A stretch of 64,000 bases of DNA from Polyangiales bacterium (lineage in GTDB: Bacteria; Myxococcota_A; Polyangia; Polyangiales; Polyangiaceae): positions 160,001 to 224,000 of the forward strand of contig JBBRLQ010000001.1 in assembly GCA_038231275.1 (NCBI GenBank), given 5' to 3'. Under the pieces are notes generated by a model. It was not told the origin of the DNA. It saw nothing but the letters and a program-made list of their open reading frames with translations, and made no database searches. The stretch's first letter is position 1. The number at the start of each line of letters is the position of its first letter. A program made the position numbers and the translations under genes. Of this stretch, positions 1 to 8,786 are shown piece by piece.

Positions 1-560
1 AGCGTCATGAGCTCGGCGGTACCCAGTGATTCGAGGCGGAAGACCTTGCAGCGCGACAGGAGCGCAGCGTTGACCGCGAAGGAAGGGTTCTCGGTCGTCG
101 CGCCGATGAGCGTGATCGTGCCGTTCTCGACGTGGGGAAGAAACGCGTCCTGCTGGCCCTTGTTGAAGCGGTGAATCTCGTCGACGAAGACGATCGTGCG
201 GAGCGCTTGGTAGCTCTTCCGCTCCTTCGCGTCGTGAACGATCGCGCGCAAATCCTGGAGGCTGCCGAGCACCGCGCTGAACGGAACGAAGTGGGCTTTG
301 GTGAGCTCGGCCACGACCCGGCCCATCGTCGTCTTGCCCACGCCCGGAGGCCCCCAGAGGATCATCGACGGGGCGCGATCGCTCGCGATGGCGCGGGCGA
401 GGAGCTTGCCGGGGCCGACCAGGTGCGTCTGCCCGACGAGCTCGGCGAGCGTGTGCGGCCGCATACGTTCGGCGAGCGGGACCTGCCCCGATTTCCCCGC
501 GTCCGCGCGCTGCGCCGCGCCGAAGAGGGTCTCGCCCATTTCGCCCATCGCGTTGCCCAT
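1..560 (-). CDS. rarA: Replication-associated recombination protein A (RarA/MgsA AAA+ ATPase), 5' part; runs off the window edge
   Basis: Minus-strand translation from ATG 560: ...PLAERMRPHTLAELVGQTHLVG...SMILWGPPGVGKTT (Walker A)...IVFVDEIHRFNKGQQDAFLPHVENG...LIGATTENPSFAVNAALLSRC. Not in the ORF track because it is truncated; alternative in-frame ATGs at 548 and 539. Confidence 0.95.
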   Translation of the reverse strand, partial: MGNAMGEMGETLFGAAQRADAGKSGQVPLAERMRPHTLAELVGQTHLVGPGKLLARAIASDRAPSMILWGPPGVGKTTMGRVVAELTKAHFVPFSAVLGSLQDLRAIVHDAKERKSYQALRTIVFVDEIHRFNKGQQDAFLPHVENGTITLIGATTENPSFAVNAALLSRCKVFRLESLGTAELMT

Positions 561-655
561 GCTTTTCCGTCGCGTGGCCACGCCCCATCATACGCCGGCG
601 GCCCTGGCGCGCTCGCCCGGCGATGCGCCGCGAAGTAGGCTATCCTCCCGGGCGA

Positions 656-1585
656 ATGCGGATCGACAGGCGGCTCCTCGTCCTTCCCATGCTCACGCTC
701 GGAGTCGTCGGCGCGGGGAGCGGGTGCGGCGGCTCGGACGCGCAGTCCGGCGGCGCGCAGACGGCCGGCACCGACAAGCCTTCCATCACGAGCATCGAGG
801 TCGCCGAGCTCGAGATCACCGGCAGCGGCACCGATCGTTTCACGAACTGTCCGCCCGCGGGGGAGCTCGGACAGGACTGGATCCCCAAGCTCCCCGCGTG
901 GACGCCGGCGGCCAGGAGCCCCAACGCGCCGCCGCCGCCGCCCGACTCGCCCGACCTTCCGCCGCGCATCGCCGACGGACGCACCGCCACCGAGAAGGCG
1001 ATCTTCGACACGTACCCGGAGTTCCGCCGCTGTTACCAGCGCGGCCTCATCCACGATCCGACGCAGGACGGGCACGCCGCAATCGTGCTGCGCGTCGGGC
1101 CGGATGGGCGCGTCGCGACGGTGGAGTCCTACGGCGTGTGCGAGCTCTCGAGCCAGGTCGTCTCGTGCATGAAGAGCAGCGCGGCCCGGCTCCGGTTCGA
1201 GCCGCCCGTGGCCGGCGCGGCGACGATCACGATCCCGGCGGTGTTCACGACGCGCGGCGGCAGGCCGCACGAGCATCCTTCGCCGAACGACGCGTACACC
1301 GCAGCCGCGTACGTCACCGTCGAGTCGGCGCGCGCGGATCTCCACGTCTGTGAGGCGTTCGCGCGCGGCGCGGGGCAGCCGCTCCAGGCGAGCGCGACGT
1401 TCCTCATCGACTTGGATGGGGACGGCAAGATCCTCCATACCCACATCGATCCGTGGCAGGGCAACCAAGATCTGCTCGGCTGCGCGGCGCACGCCCTCGA
1501 GAAGCTCTCGTTCGAGAAGCCGCCGGCGGGACGCGGCAACATCCTCGCGCGCATCAGCTTCAACCCACGCGCCGGCTCCAAGTAG
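656..1585 (+). CDS. Lipoprotein with two tandem AgmX/PglI C-terminal (TonB-C-like) domains
   Basis: Signal peptide ending GSG-C; motifs FRRCYQRGL..DP..DG...IVLRVGPDGRV...SCM...RLRFEPP and DLHVCE...FLIDLDGDGKI...GCAAHALEKLSFEKPP. Confidence 0.65.
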   Translation: MRIDRRLLVLPMLTLGVVGAGSGCGGSDAQSGGAQTAGTDKPSITSIEVAELEITGSGTDRFTNCPPAGELGQDWIPKLPAWTPAARSPNAPPPPPDSPDLPPRIADGRTATEKAIFDTYPEFRRCYQRGLIHDPTQDGHAAIVLRVGPDGRVATVESYGVCELSSQVVSCMKSSAARLRFEPPVAGAATITIPAVFTTRGGRPHEHPSPNDAYTAAAYVTVESARADLHVCEAFARGAGQPLQASATFLIDLDGDGKILHTHIDPWQGNQDLLGCAAHALEKLSFEKPPAGRGNILARISFNPRAGSK

Positions 1586-1595
1586 AGAGGGCGCA

Positions 1596-3509
1596 GTGCC
1601 CCCGCGCGCCGTCGTCATTCCGTTCGGCGTCCCCGAGGACAGTCGTGGCCTCGGCCTCGGCCTCGCCGCGCTCGTTCACTCGTTCGCGCGCCTCGACGGC
1701 GAGACGCTGGCGCTCGCGCAGCTGCAGGGCAAGAAGAAGGACGCTCCCGAGGAAGCAGCGCCCGAGCCGGTCGAGGCGTTCATTCCTCCGCAGACGTGGC
1801 GCGACATGGCGGGCGCTGGGCAAGCGCCGACGGACGTGTCGCTCGTCCTGACCGGATCGTTCGAGCCGCCGAGCGAAGGACGCGGCCTCATTCAGCTGCT
1901 CGCGTTCGACGCGAAAGACGGCACGCCGCGCGGGCGCGTGGAAGCGCACGTCGATGGGCGACACGCCGGCAAGGCGATCCTCGCGGCGCTCTGCGATCTC
2001 TGGATCAAGATGGGCGGCGGCGAGATCGGCACCGTTCGCGACATCGAGGACCTTCCGTGGGACGCGCTCGAGAGCGTGCTCCGCGCAGAGCGCTGTGTCT
2101 TGTTCGATCCGAAGAAGGGCGGACCGTTCGATCGCCTCGCGGCGATGATGCACCTCGGGCGCGCCGTCGAGGACGCGCCGGACGCGCGTTTTCCGGCAGG
2201 ACGACTCGCCGCGATCGCGCTCGACACGGCCGCGAGTGCCGCGGCCGGAGACCCCAAGCTCGCCGACGCTGCACGTCGCGCGCTGGCCCGGGCGATCGTC
2301 GACGCGCCGACCAGGATCGAGCTGCTGGAGGCGACTGCGGCGCTCGATCTCCGGCTCGGTGACGCCGACAGCGCCGCGCGCCGCCTCGCGCAGGCGCTCG
2401 AGCTCGACGGGAAGCGCCCGCGGACGCACGCGCTGCTCAGCGAGGCGCGGCGCGCAAAGCGCGATCTGGACGGCGCGCTCGACGCCGTCCACCGCGGAAT
2501 GGCGCACGCTCCCGACGATCCCATCCTGCTCACCGAACGTGGCGCGGTCCTCCTGGAGCGCGGCGACGTGGAGGCCGCGGAGACCGACTGGCGCCAGGTC
2601 CTCGCCCGGGCGCCGCTCTTTCCATCGGCATTTCTCGGGCTCGCGGGCGCGGCGCAGAAGAGGGGCGACGGCCGCGCGTGCGAAGACCTCGTCGATCAAG
2701 TCCTCCTCGCGCCGGACGCGCACCCCGAGGTGCTCAAGAGGGCGATCCATCTCTCGCTCGCGCTCGAGCCCGACGGCATCCCGCGCGCCGCACGCTTGGC
2801 GCGCCTCGGCGGCGCGCTGCTCGAGAAGCTGCCCGCCGATCCGTGGGGCTCGTTCGTGCTCGCGCGCGCGAAGGCCCAGCTCGGCGAGAAGGCCGAGGCT
2901 GCGCGCCTGCTCGTCGCAGCCGAAGCGATCGCGCCGGGGACGACGCTCGCGGCGGAGGCGCAGCGCGGTCGCTTCGCGCTCGAGCACCCGCACGCCGCGG
3001 AGGAGCTCGAGTCTTTGCTCCGCGCCGCATACTCGGCGGGGCCGGACGATCTCGACGCCCTCGCGGCACGAGGACGACGACTCGCCGCCGAGCACCGCCT
3101 CTGGGCGACGCACTTTGCCGTCGGCCTGGTCGAACGCCGCCGCGAGCGTTGGGCGCCGGCCCGCGCCGCGTTCGAAGCGGCGATCGCGGCGTCAGCCGGG
3201 TGCACGCCCGCGCACCTCGAGCTGGTGGCGGTGGCGCTTGCCACGAAGGACGCGGAGGCGGCGCTCGTGCACGCGGCGAAGGCGACGGAGCTCGAGGGCG
3301 AGACGCCGCGGACCCTCGCGGTGACCGCGACGGCGCTGCTCGCCGCCGGACGAGGCGACGACGCTCTCGCCACGATCGCGCGCGCGCTCGTGCTCGATCC
3401 GAAGGACGACGCGGCGAGGCGCCTCCGCGAGCGCATCATCGCCGGCGATCCCCCGCCGGAGGGACCGCTCGCCCGCATTCGCGACACGCTCACGCGGTGG
3501 TGGAAGTAG
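1596..3509 (+). CDS. Tetratricopeptide repeat protein
   Basis: GTG start 10 nt after the previous stop; Ala/Leu-rich helical repeats (ALELDGKRPRTHALLSEA, ALVLDPKDDAARRL). Confidence 0.75.
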   Translation: MPPRAVVIPFGVPEDSRGLGLGLAALVHSFARLDGETLALAQLQGKKKDAPEEAAPEPVEAFIPPQTWRDMAGAGQAPTDVSLVLTGSFEPPSEGRGLIQLLAFDAKDGTPRGRVEAHVDGRHAGKAILAALCDLWIKMGGGEIGTVRDIEDLPWDALESVLRAERCVLFDPKKGGPFDRLAAMMHLGRAVEDAPDARFPAGRLAAIALDTAASAAAGDPKLADAARRALARAIVDAPTRIELLEATAALDLRLGDADSAARRLAQALELDGKRPRTHALLSEARRAKRDLDGALDAVHRGMAHAPDDPILLTERGAVLLERGDVEAAETDWRQVLARAPLFPSAFLGLAGAAQKRGDGRACEDLVDQVLLAPDAHPEVLKRAIHLSLALEPDGIPRAARLARLGGALLEKLPADPWGSFVLARAKAQLGEKAEAARLLVAAEAIAPGTTLAAEAQRGRFALEHPHAAEELESLLRAAYSAGPDDLDALAARGRRLAAEHRLWATHFAVGLVERRRERWAPARAAFEAAIAASAGCTPAHLELVAVALATKDAEAALVHAAKATELEGETPRTLAVTATALLAAGRGDDALATIARALVLDPKDDAARRLRERIIAGDPPPEGPLARIRDTLTRWWK

Positions 3510-4179
3510 CGCGCGCGCCGAAGATCGCCGTCCCGACGCGTACGAGCGTCGCCCCGCACGCCACCGCGATCTCCAGATCGCTCGTCATCCCCATCGACAG
3601 CTCCGGCAACATCGACGCGCCGCCGTGGAGGTTACGCAGCGTGACCAGCGTCTCGAAGACCGCGCGCGCAGCGGCGAGATCGTCGACCGGTGGCAACGTC
3701 ATGAGGCCTCGGAGGACCAGCTCCGGCTCGGCCTTTACCGCCGCGAGCACCTCGGCGAGCTCGGTCGGCGACGCGCCGTGCTTCTGCGCCTCGCCCGCGA
3801 CGTTCACCTCCACGAGCACCGGCATCGTGCGCCCGACCGCGCGGAGGCGTTTTCCGAGCTCGCGCGCCAGCACTGCACTGTCCACGGTGTGCACGACGTG
3901 CGCGGCGCGCGCGACGAGCTTCGCCTTGTTCGTCTGGAGGTGACCGATGAAGTGCCACTCGATGTCGGGCAGATCCGCGAGCTCTCGCGCCTTCTGATCG
4001 AGCTCCTGCGCGTAGTTCTCGCCGAACGCACGCTGCCCGGCGGCGTAGGCCTCGCGCACTGCCGCGGCCGGCTTGGTCTTCGACACGGCCACGAGGCGCA
4101 CGCTCGCCGGATCGCGCCCGGCCGCCGTCGCCGCGCGATCGATGCGGGCGCGAACCTCGGCGAGCGCGGCGGCGATCAC
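3490..4179 (-). CDS. yggS: YggS/PLPBP family pyridoxal phosphate homeostasis protein
   Basis: LVAVSKTKP, FGENYAQE, WHFIGHLQTNK, LRGLMTLPP, LSMGMTSD, VRVGTAIFG; GTG start overlaps the upstream TGA (GTGA). Confidence 0.95.
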   Translation of the reverse strand: MIAAALAEVRARIDRAATAAGRDPASVRLVAVSKTKPAAAVREAYAAGQRAFGENYAQELDQKARELADLPDIEWHFIGHLQTNKAKLVARAAHVVHTVDSAVLARELGKRLRAVGRTMPVLVEVNVAGEAQKHGASPTELAEVLAAVKAEPELVLRGLMTLPPVDDLAAARAVFETLVTLRNLHGGASMLPELSMGMTSDLEIAVACGATLVRVGTAIFGARATSTTA

Positions 4180-5024
4180 CGACGCCTCCAGCCGCGCCTC
4201 GGCCTCGCGTGCCAGACCATGACGTCGCTCGAACGATCGAGCGGCCCGCCGTAGAAATCTCCGCTCACCTTGTCGACGTCGAAGCCGTTGTAGTGGAGGA
4301 GGGCCTCCCACTCGCGCGGGAAATACTGCCGATGGGCGAGCGGCGTCATCCATGCGCGCTCGGCGTGGCCGACCGGCGAGAACTCCATCGACACGAACAG
4401 CACCTGGCGGACGCGATCGTAGTCGAAGTGCTCCTGGTAGCTCACGAGCTCGCCCGTCGTCGCGTGGCGGAAGCGCGGCGCCTTGTACGCGCGCGTCGGC
4501 TCGCGCAGGAGATCCTGCATGACGGGCACCGAGAGATCGACGACGAGCTCGCCGTTGGGCGTCACGTGATCGTGGACGCGCGCGAGGAACGCCTCGACGT
4601 CGGTGCGAGTGTAGAGGTGGAGCGCCGTATTGAACGGGCAGAGGACGAGCGGGAATCGCTTCTTCAGGCGTGCGCTCCGCATGTCGCCCTGACGAAGCGT
4701 GACGCGAGCGCGAACGGCCGCGGGCTCGTCGGCGAGGCGCGCGCGGAGATCGTCGAGCATGGCGGGCGAATGATCGACGCCGGTGACCGTCAGGCCGTGC
4801 CGCGCCATCGCGAGCGCGATGCGGCCGTTTCCGACGCCATATTCGAGCACCGGCCCACCGTGCTTCGTCGCGTGGGCGACGTAAAATTGCACGTCGTCGA
4901 TGCGACGCCGGTACGTGGCCGTGTAGTACGTCGGATCTTCGTAGTGCGCGCGCGCGCCTGCTTCGAGCTCGCGATCGGCGCCGAGCGTTCCTTCGGTGCG
5001 GCGGCCTCGCGGCCGACCGGTCAC
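4176..5024 (-). CDS. Class I SAM-dependent methyltransferase
   Basis: [12 protein letters not shown] motif [20 protein letters not shown] start overlaps the rpoZ stop. Confidence 0.88.
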   Translation of the reverse strand: MTGRPRGRRTEGTLGADRELEAGARAHYEDPTYYTATYRRRIDDVQFYVAHATKHGGPVLEYGVGNGRIALAMARHGLTVTGVDHSPAMLDDLRARLADEPAAVRARVTLRQGDMRSARLKKRFPLVLCPFNTALHLYTRTDVEAFLARVHDHVTPNGELVVDLSVPVMQDLLREPTRAYKAPRFRHATTGELVSYQEHFDYDRVRQVLFVSMEFSPVGHAERAWMTPLAHRQYFPREWEALLHYNGFDVDKVSGDFYGGPLDRSSDVMVWHARPRRGWRRR

Positions 5025-5263
5025 ATCAGGCCGGCTTTGATCTGCCCGTCGATCCACTCCTGAACGACCTCGTTGCTCGTGCGGTCGAAGTGGACCTTGC
5101 CGGCGGCGATCTCGCGGAGCGCCGTGACGGCGGCCTTGTTCTTCGAGTGAACGAGCGGGTGCGCACCCTTCATGAGCTGGCGGCAGCGGTGGGCAGCAAG
5201 GATGACGAGGGCAAAGCGGTTCTCCTCACGCTCCAGGCAATCTTCGACGGTAACGCGTGCCAT
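5021..5263 (-). CDS. rpoZ: DNA-directed RNA polymerase subunit omega
   Basis: [27 protein letters not shown]...[23 protein letters not shown] upstream. Confidence 0.97.
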   Translation of the reverse strand: MARVTVEDCLEREENRFALVILAAHRCRQLMKGAHPLVHSKNKAAVTALREIAAGKVHFDRTSNEVVQEWIDGQIKAGLM

Positions 5264-5289
5264 TTCGGGTGCTCCTTCAGGGACGCGGC

Positions 5290-5318
5290 ACCTTAGTCGG
5301 CCACGCGCGTTCGGGCAA
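5290..5318 (-). promoter_or_regulatory. Putative sigma70-type promoter of the rpoZ operon
   Basis: Minus strand TTGCCC-N17-TAAGGT upstream of the rpoZ RBS. Confidence 0.6.
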
Positions 5319-5359
5319 GCGTTGCGAAGTTACGCGGAACTTCTGGCGATTCTGCACGG

Positions 5360-5716
5360 TTACGCGTGGGCGCGGCCTCTCGCGGGCGGAGCGGCGTCCT
5401 CTTCCAGCACGGCAGCGAGAGCGCGGAGGGCGTCGCCGGTCGTGAAGATCCCAACGATTTTCATGCCGTCGATGACGACCGCGCAGCCGTACTTCCGCTC
5501 GGCCATGTGGGCGACCACCTCCCCGAGCGGCGCGCTCGGCGGAACGAAATACGGCTCCGGCGTCATCGCCTCCGCGACGCAGACCTCGGCCGGGTCGACG
5601 TCACGCAGCGTCTCGATGAAGCGCAGATCCCGATCGGTCACGATGCCGACGAGGACGCCCCGGTCGAGGACCGGCAAGTGGCGCACGCGCCGCTGTCTCA
5701 TGAGCTGGCGCGCGCC
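5360..5716 (-). pseudogene. CBS-pair protein lacking its normal N-terminus (probably 5'-truncated)
   Basis: ARQLMRQRRVRHLPVLDRGVLVGIVTDRDL...AMTPEPYFVPP...MAERKYGCAVV..GMKIVGIFTTGDALRAL; upstream of ~5716 the frame no longer resembles CBS. Confidence 0.6.
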
Positions 5717-5872
5717 GATCAGGTGGAGCGCCTCGCCGCCGGTCTGCGCACGCACGCGCTGGCGGAAGAGAATGGCCTCTACGCGTGGGCCGAAGCCGAG
5801 CTGCCCGAGACGACGCGCGGCGCGGTCCTGCTGAAGCTGCGTGAGCGGCTGGCCGCGCTTGCAGGCCCGTGA
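5705..5872 (+). pseudogene. C-terminal remnant of a hemerythrin (HHE)-like protein
   Basis: LARADQVERLAAGLRTHALAEENGLYAWAEAEL carries the HxxxEE..LY..AE second-half hemerythrin pattern; no corresponding N-terminal half upstream. Confidence 0.5.
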
Positions 5873-5964
5873 ACGTGGCGGCGATGCGCGCACGCGTTGC
5901 GTCTTCGCGCATCGCCTGCGTGGGCGCGCGCGGCGCGCGTGCTGCGGGCGTGCGCGTTCTCACG

Positions 5965-5980
5965 TGGCACGCGTTTCGCT
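5965..5980 (+). promoter_or_regulatory. Putative sigma54 (-24/-12) promoter for the USP gene
   Basis: TGGCACG-CGTT-TCGCT, GG-N10-GC spacing intact, one mismatch to TGGCACG-N4-TTGC; GGAGG RBS at 5996-6000. Confidence 0.55.
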
Positions 5981-6006
5981 CTCTGTAGCGGGATTGGAGG
6001 CACGTC

Positions 6007-6633
6007 ATGGGAACCCGGAACACCACCACCGAGCGCATGAAGATCGTCGTGGGCATCGACTTCTCGGAGACCAGCGAGCAAGCGCTGCGCGTCGCCGTGA
6101 ACCTCGCGCGCTCGTCGGGCATGGCCGAGGTGCACCTCGTGAACGTCCTCGCGCCGCCGGTCGGCGGGACCGAGTTTGCTCCCCTCGTCGACGTCAGCGA
6201 GCAGACGGTGAATGCGCAGCGACAGCTCGCGGACAGCCTGGAGAGCCTCGCGGGCGTGCCGGGCGTCTTTGCCTTCTCCCACGTGCTGGTGGGAAATCCG
6301 CAGAAGGAGCTGCCGCGGGTCGCCGACGAGCTCGAAGCGGATCTGATCGTCGTCGGTACCCACGGGCGACGCGGCGTCGACCGCATGGTCTTCGGGTCGG
6401 TGGCGGAGCACGTGGTGCGAACCGCTCCCTGTTCGGTATTGACGGTTCGACCCAGGCCGCCCACCGCGGCGTCCACGATCGAGCCGGCGTGCGCCGAGTG
6501 CGCGGCCGTCGTGGCGAAGACCGAAGGTCGTGAGCACCGCTGCGCCACCCACGCGCACCCCGCCGCGCGGCCGCACACGTACTCCGAGATGCCCCCGAGC
6601 TTCGGGCTCGGCTCGATGAACTTGCGCTTCTGA
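6007..6633 (+). CDS. Universal stress protein with C-terminal Cys/His extension
   Basis: IVVGIDFSETSEQAL...ADLIVVGTHGRRGVDRMVFGSVAEHVVRTAPCSVLTVR. Confidence 0.92.
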   Translation: MGTRNTTTERMKIVVGIDFSETSEQALRVAVNLARSSGMAEVHLVNVLAPPVGGTEFAPLVDVSEQTVNAQRQLADSLESLAGVPGVFAFSHVLVGNPQKELPRVADELEADLIVVGTHGRRGVDRMVFGSVAEHVVRTAPCSVLTVRPRPPTAASTIEPACAECAAVVAKTEGREHRCATHAHPAARPHTYSEMPPSFGLGSMNLRF

Positions 6634-6646
6634 GAGGGGTCGGCGG

Positions 6647-8704
6647 CTATTCGACCGCGAACATGCGGACGGTGCGCGGCGGCACCTCCACGGTGAACGA
6701 GCCGGACACCTTGGTGATGCGCGTGTCGGCGCGCAGCAGATCGACGAGCGACGACGCCTCGCCGAGGGAGACGCGCGCGGTCACCTTGCCGGCGGTAGGG
6801 TTCAGCACGAACGCGACCTTGGCCACGCCGCTCGCGTCCTCGTGCACCGAAACGTGGACGTCCGCCGGATCGACGGGGTACGTCGGAAGACCGAGCTCCT
6901 CGATGCGACGCCCCACCAGCGCGTCGGCGCGCGCGACGTCGTCCAGCGGCTCCACCTCGAGGCCGCGAACGTCGTGGGGGCTGCCGAGGAGGCGCATCGA
7001 TCCGTCGCGCTCGGGGACGTGCGGACCGATCGTGACCGCCGCGCCTGCCTCGTGCGCCGCCCGTAGCCAGGTGAAGAAGTCCTCCTTGATGCCGCCCGCG
7101 GTCGCGCACACGATCCACCGCGCGCCGCGCGTGCTGACCTGCACGCTGTCGCCACCTGCGTACGCGAAGGGCACGCCGCGCGCGTTGAGCGCCCGCTCGA
7201 ACGCGCGCAGGTACGCCTCGCCGGCGATCGTCGCCACTTCGCCGAGGCCGAGCTCGTCCTCGAGGCAGCTCTCCTGGAAGCCAGAGCCCATGATGTTGAA
7301 CGCCGCCGGCGAGACCGGCCCGAACGCGTGCGTCGCGCGCGCGAGGCGACGAAGCGAGCGCGGCACGACGAGGCGCACGGGCGCGCGGCGCATGAGCGCG
7401 TGGAAGCGCGTGTGCTCCAGCGCCTGCACCAGCGAGCGGTAGCGATCGGCGAGCACGCGCGGGCGACCGTGACGATCGATCGGCGCGCCGACCCAGCGAT
7501 CGCGCTCGACGGCCATGTACAGGTTGAACCCCCGGAGGCCGTATGCCATCGCGCACATGAGGGTGTAGAGCGAGTCCTCGTCGTCGAGCGGCGCGAAGAA
7601 CGGCGGAAACCCCGCGCCGACCTCGGCGCCGAACGGCGGCGCGCCGAGCCCCTCGCATCGCGACGCGAGCTCGGTGGTGCGCCGCATGTTGGTCGTGTGA
7701 TGGAGCGGCGTCGCCGGGTGGTAGTAGTCGAGGCCGATCAGGTCCACGACCTTCCCCATGCGCCCTGCGTTGAGCGGCGTCGCCGCCTCGCCGAGCGGGA
7801 AGTTGTGCATCGTCGGCAGCTCCGACAAGCCGGCCTCTTCGAGCGACTTGGAGAAGCGCCCCATCGCGCTCGTGAGGAGGTGCTCGTGGAACTCCATCCA
7901 GTCCATGTGGCGCGCGAGATCCGTCGCGCGCTTGGCGTCGAAGCGATGCGGCGGCGACAGCGTCTCGAAGCGCACCTTCGGCTCGTCCCACGCGGCGCGC
8001 AGCGCGCGCACATGCTTGTATTTTACACGCAAAAACGTGCGGAAGAGCCGGATGGCGTCGGGGTGGTAGTCCTGATCGTAGGCGCCGTCGCGGAAGTAGA
8101 GCGCGCCCTCGTTGTCGATCTGGACCATCACGATCGGCCCCTCGGGATGACGGAGGGGCGCGAGGACCTCGGCGACCGCGCGGAACCAGCGCGCCGTCTC
8201 TTCGTGGAAGAGATCGCTCGCGTAGCTCGGCACCGGGAAGGCGACCGGGATCATCGGGAGCATGACGGGGTTGTCGCGCGGTGTGCGCGCCTGGCACTCG
8301 CGATCCCACGCGATGCGCTCGGGCAACCCGAAGTACGTCAGCTCCGCGTTGATGTGGGGGCCGGGCCGCACGACGACCTTGAGCCCTCGCTCGCCGCACA
8401 TACGGACGAATCGCGCGACGTCGAGCCCCGCGTCCTTCTCGCCGAAATCGAATCTCCCCGGCGCGAGCTCGTGCACGCCCCACGGCACGTAGGTGTCGAC
8501 GAAACGCAGGCCCATCGCCTTCATCGCGTCGAGGCACGGTCCCCACGCCTCGGGCGGGTGACGCCAGTAATGCATCGCGCCGCCGTAGAGAGGGAACGAC
8601 TCGGCGACCCCTTCGAGGAGCAACCCCTCGGGGTGGACGCGGGCGCGGACGCGGCGCGGGGCGTGCTCGGGCTCTTCCTTGGACGGGGTGAAGGGCTCGT
8701 TCAC
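6647..8704 (-). CDS. Beta-galactosidase-like glycoside hydrolase (GH35/GH42, clan A)
   Basis: YGGAMHYWR...MKAMGLRFVDTYVPWGVHE..PGRFDF...VVRPGPHINAE...GPIVMVQIDNE. Confidence 0.85.
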   Translation of the reverse strand: MNEPFTPSKEEPEHAPRRVRARVHPEGLLLEGVAESFPLYGGAMHYWRHPPEAWGPCLDAMKAMGLRFVDTYVPWGVHELAPGRFDFGEKDAGLDVARFVRMCGERGLKVVVRPGPHINAELTYFGLPERIAWDRECQARTPRDNPVMLPMIPVAFPVPSYASDLFHEETARWFRAVAEVLAPLRHPEGPIVMVQIDNEGALYFRDGAYDQDYHPDAIRLFRTFLRVKYKHVRALRAAWDEPKVRFETLSPPHRFDAKRATDLARHMDWMEFHEHLLTSAMGRFSKSLEEAGLSELPTMHNFPLGEAATPLNAGRMGKVVDLIGLDYYHPATPLHHTTNMRRTTELASRCEGLGAPPFGAEVGAGFPPFFAPLDDEDSLYTLMCAMAYGLRGFNLYMAVERDRWVGAPIDRHGRPRVLADRYRSLVQALEHTRFHALMRRAPVRLVVPRSLRRLARATHAFGPVSPAAFNIMGSGFQESCLEDELGLGEVATIAGEAYLRAFERALNARGVPFAYAGGDSVQVSTRGARWIVCATAGGIKEDFFTWLRAAHEAGAAVTIGPHVPERDGSMRLLGSPHDVRGLEVEPLDDVARADALVGRRIEELGLPTYPVDPADVHVSVHEDASGVAKVAFVLNPTAGKVTARVSLGEASSLVDLLRADTRITKVSGSFTVEVPPRTVRMFAVE

Positions 8705-8786
8705 GGAGAGGTCTTGCTACCTCATTGTGACGGAGCGGGGAAGGAGCGGGAGCGCGAGGGACGCATATCGCGGCAGACGATCGGGA

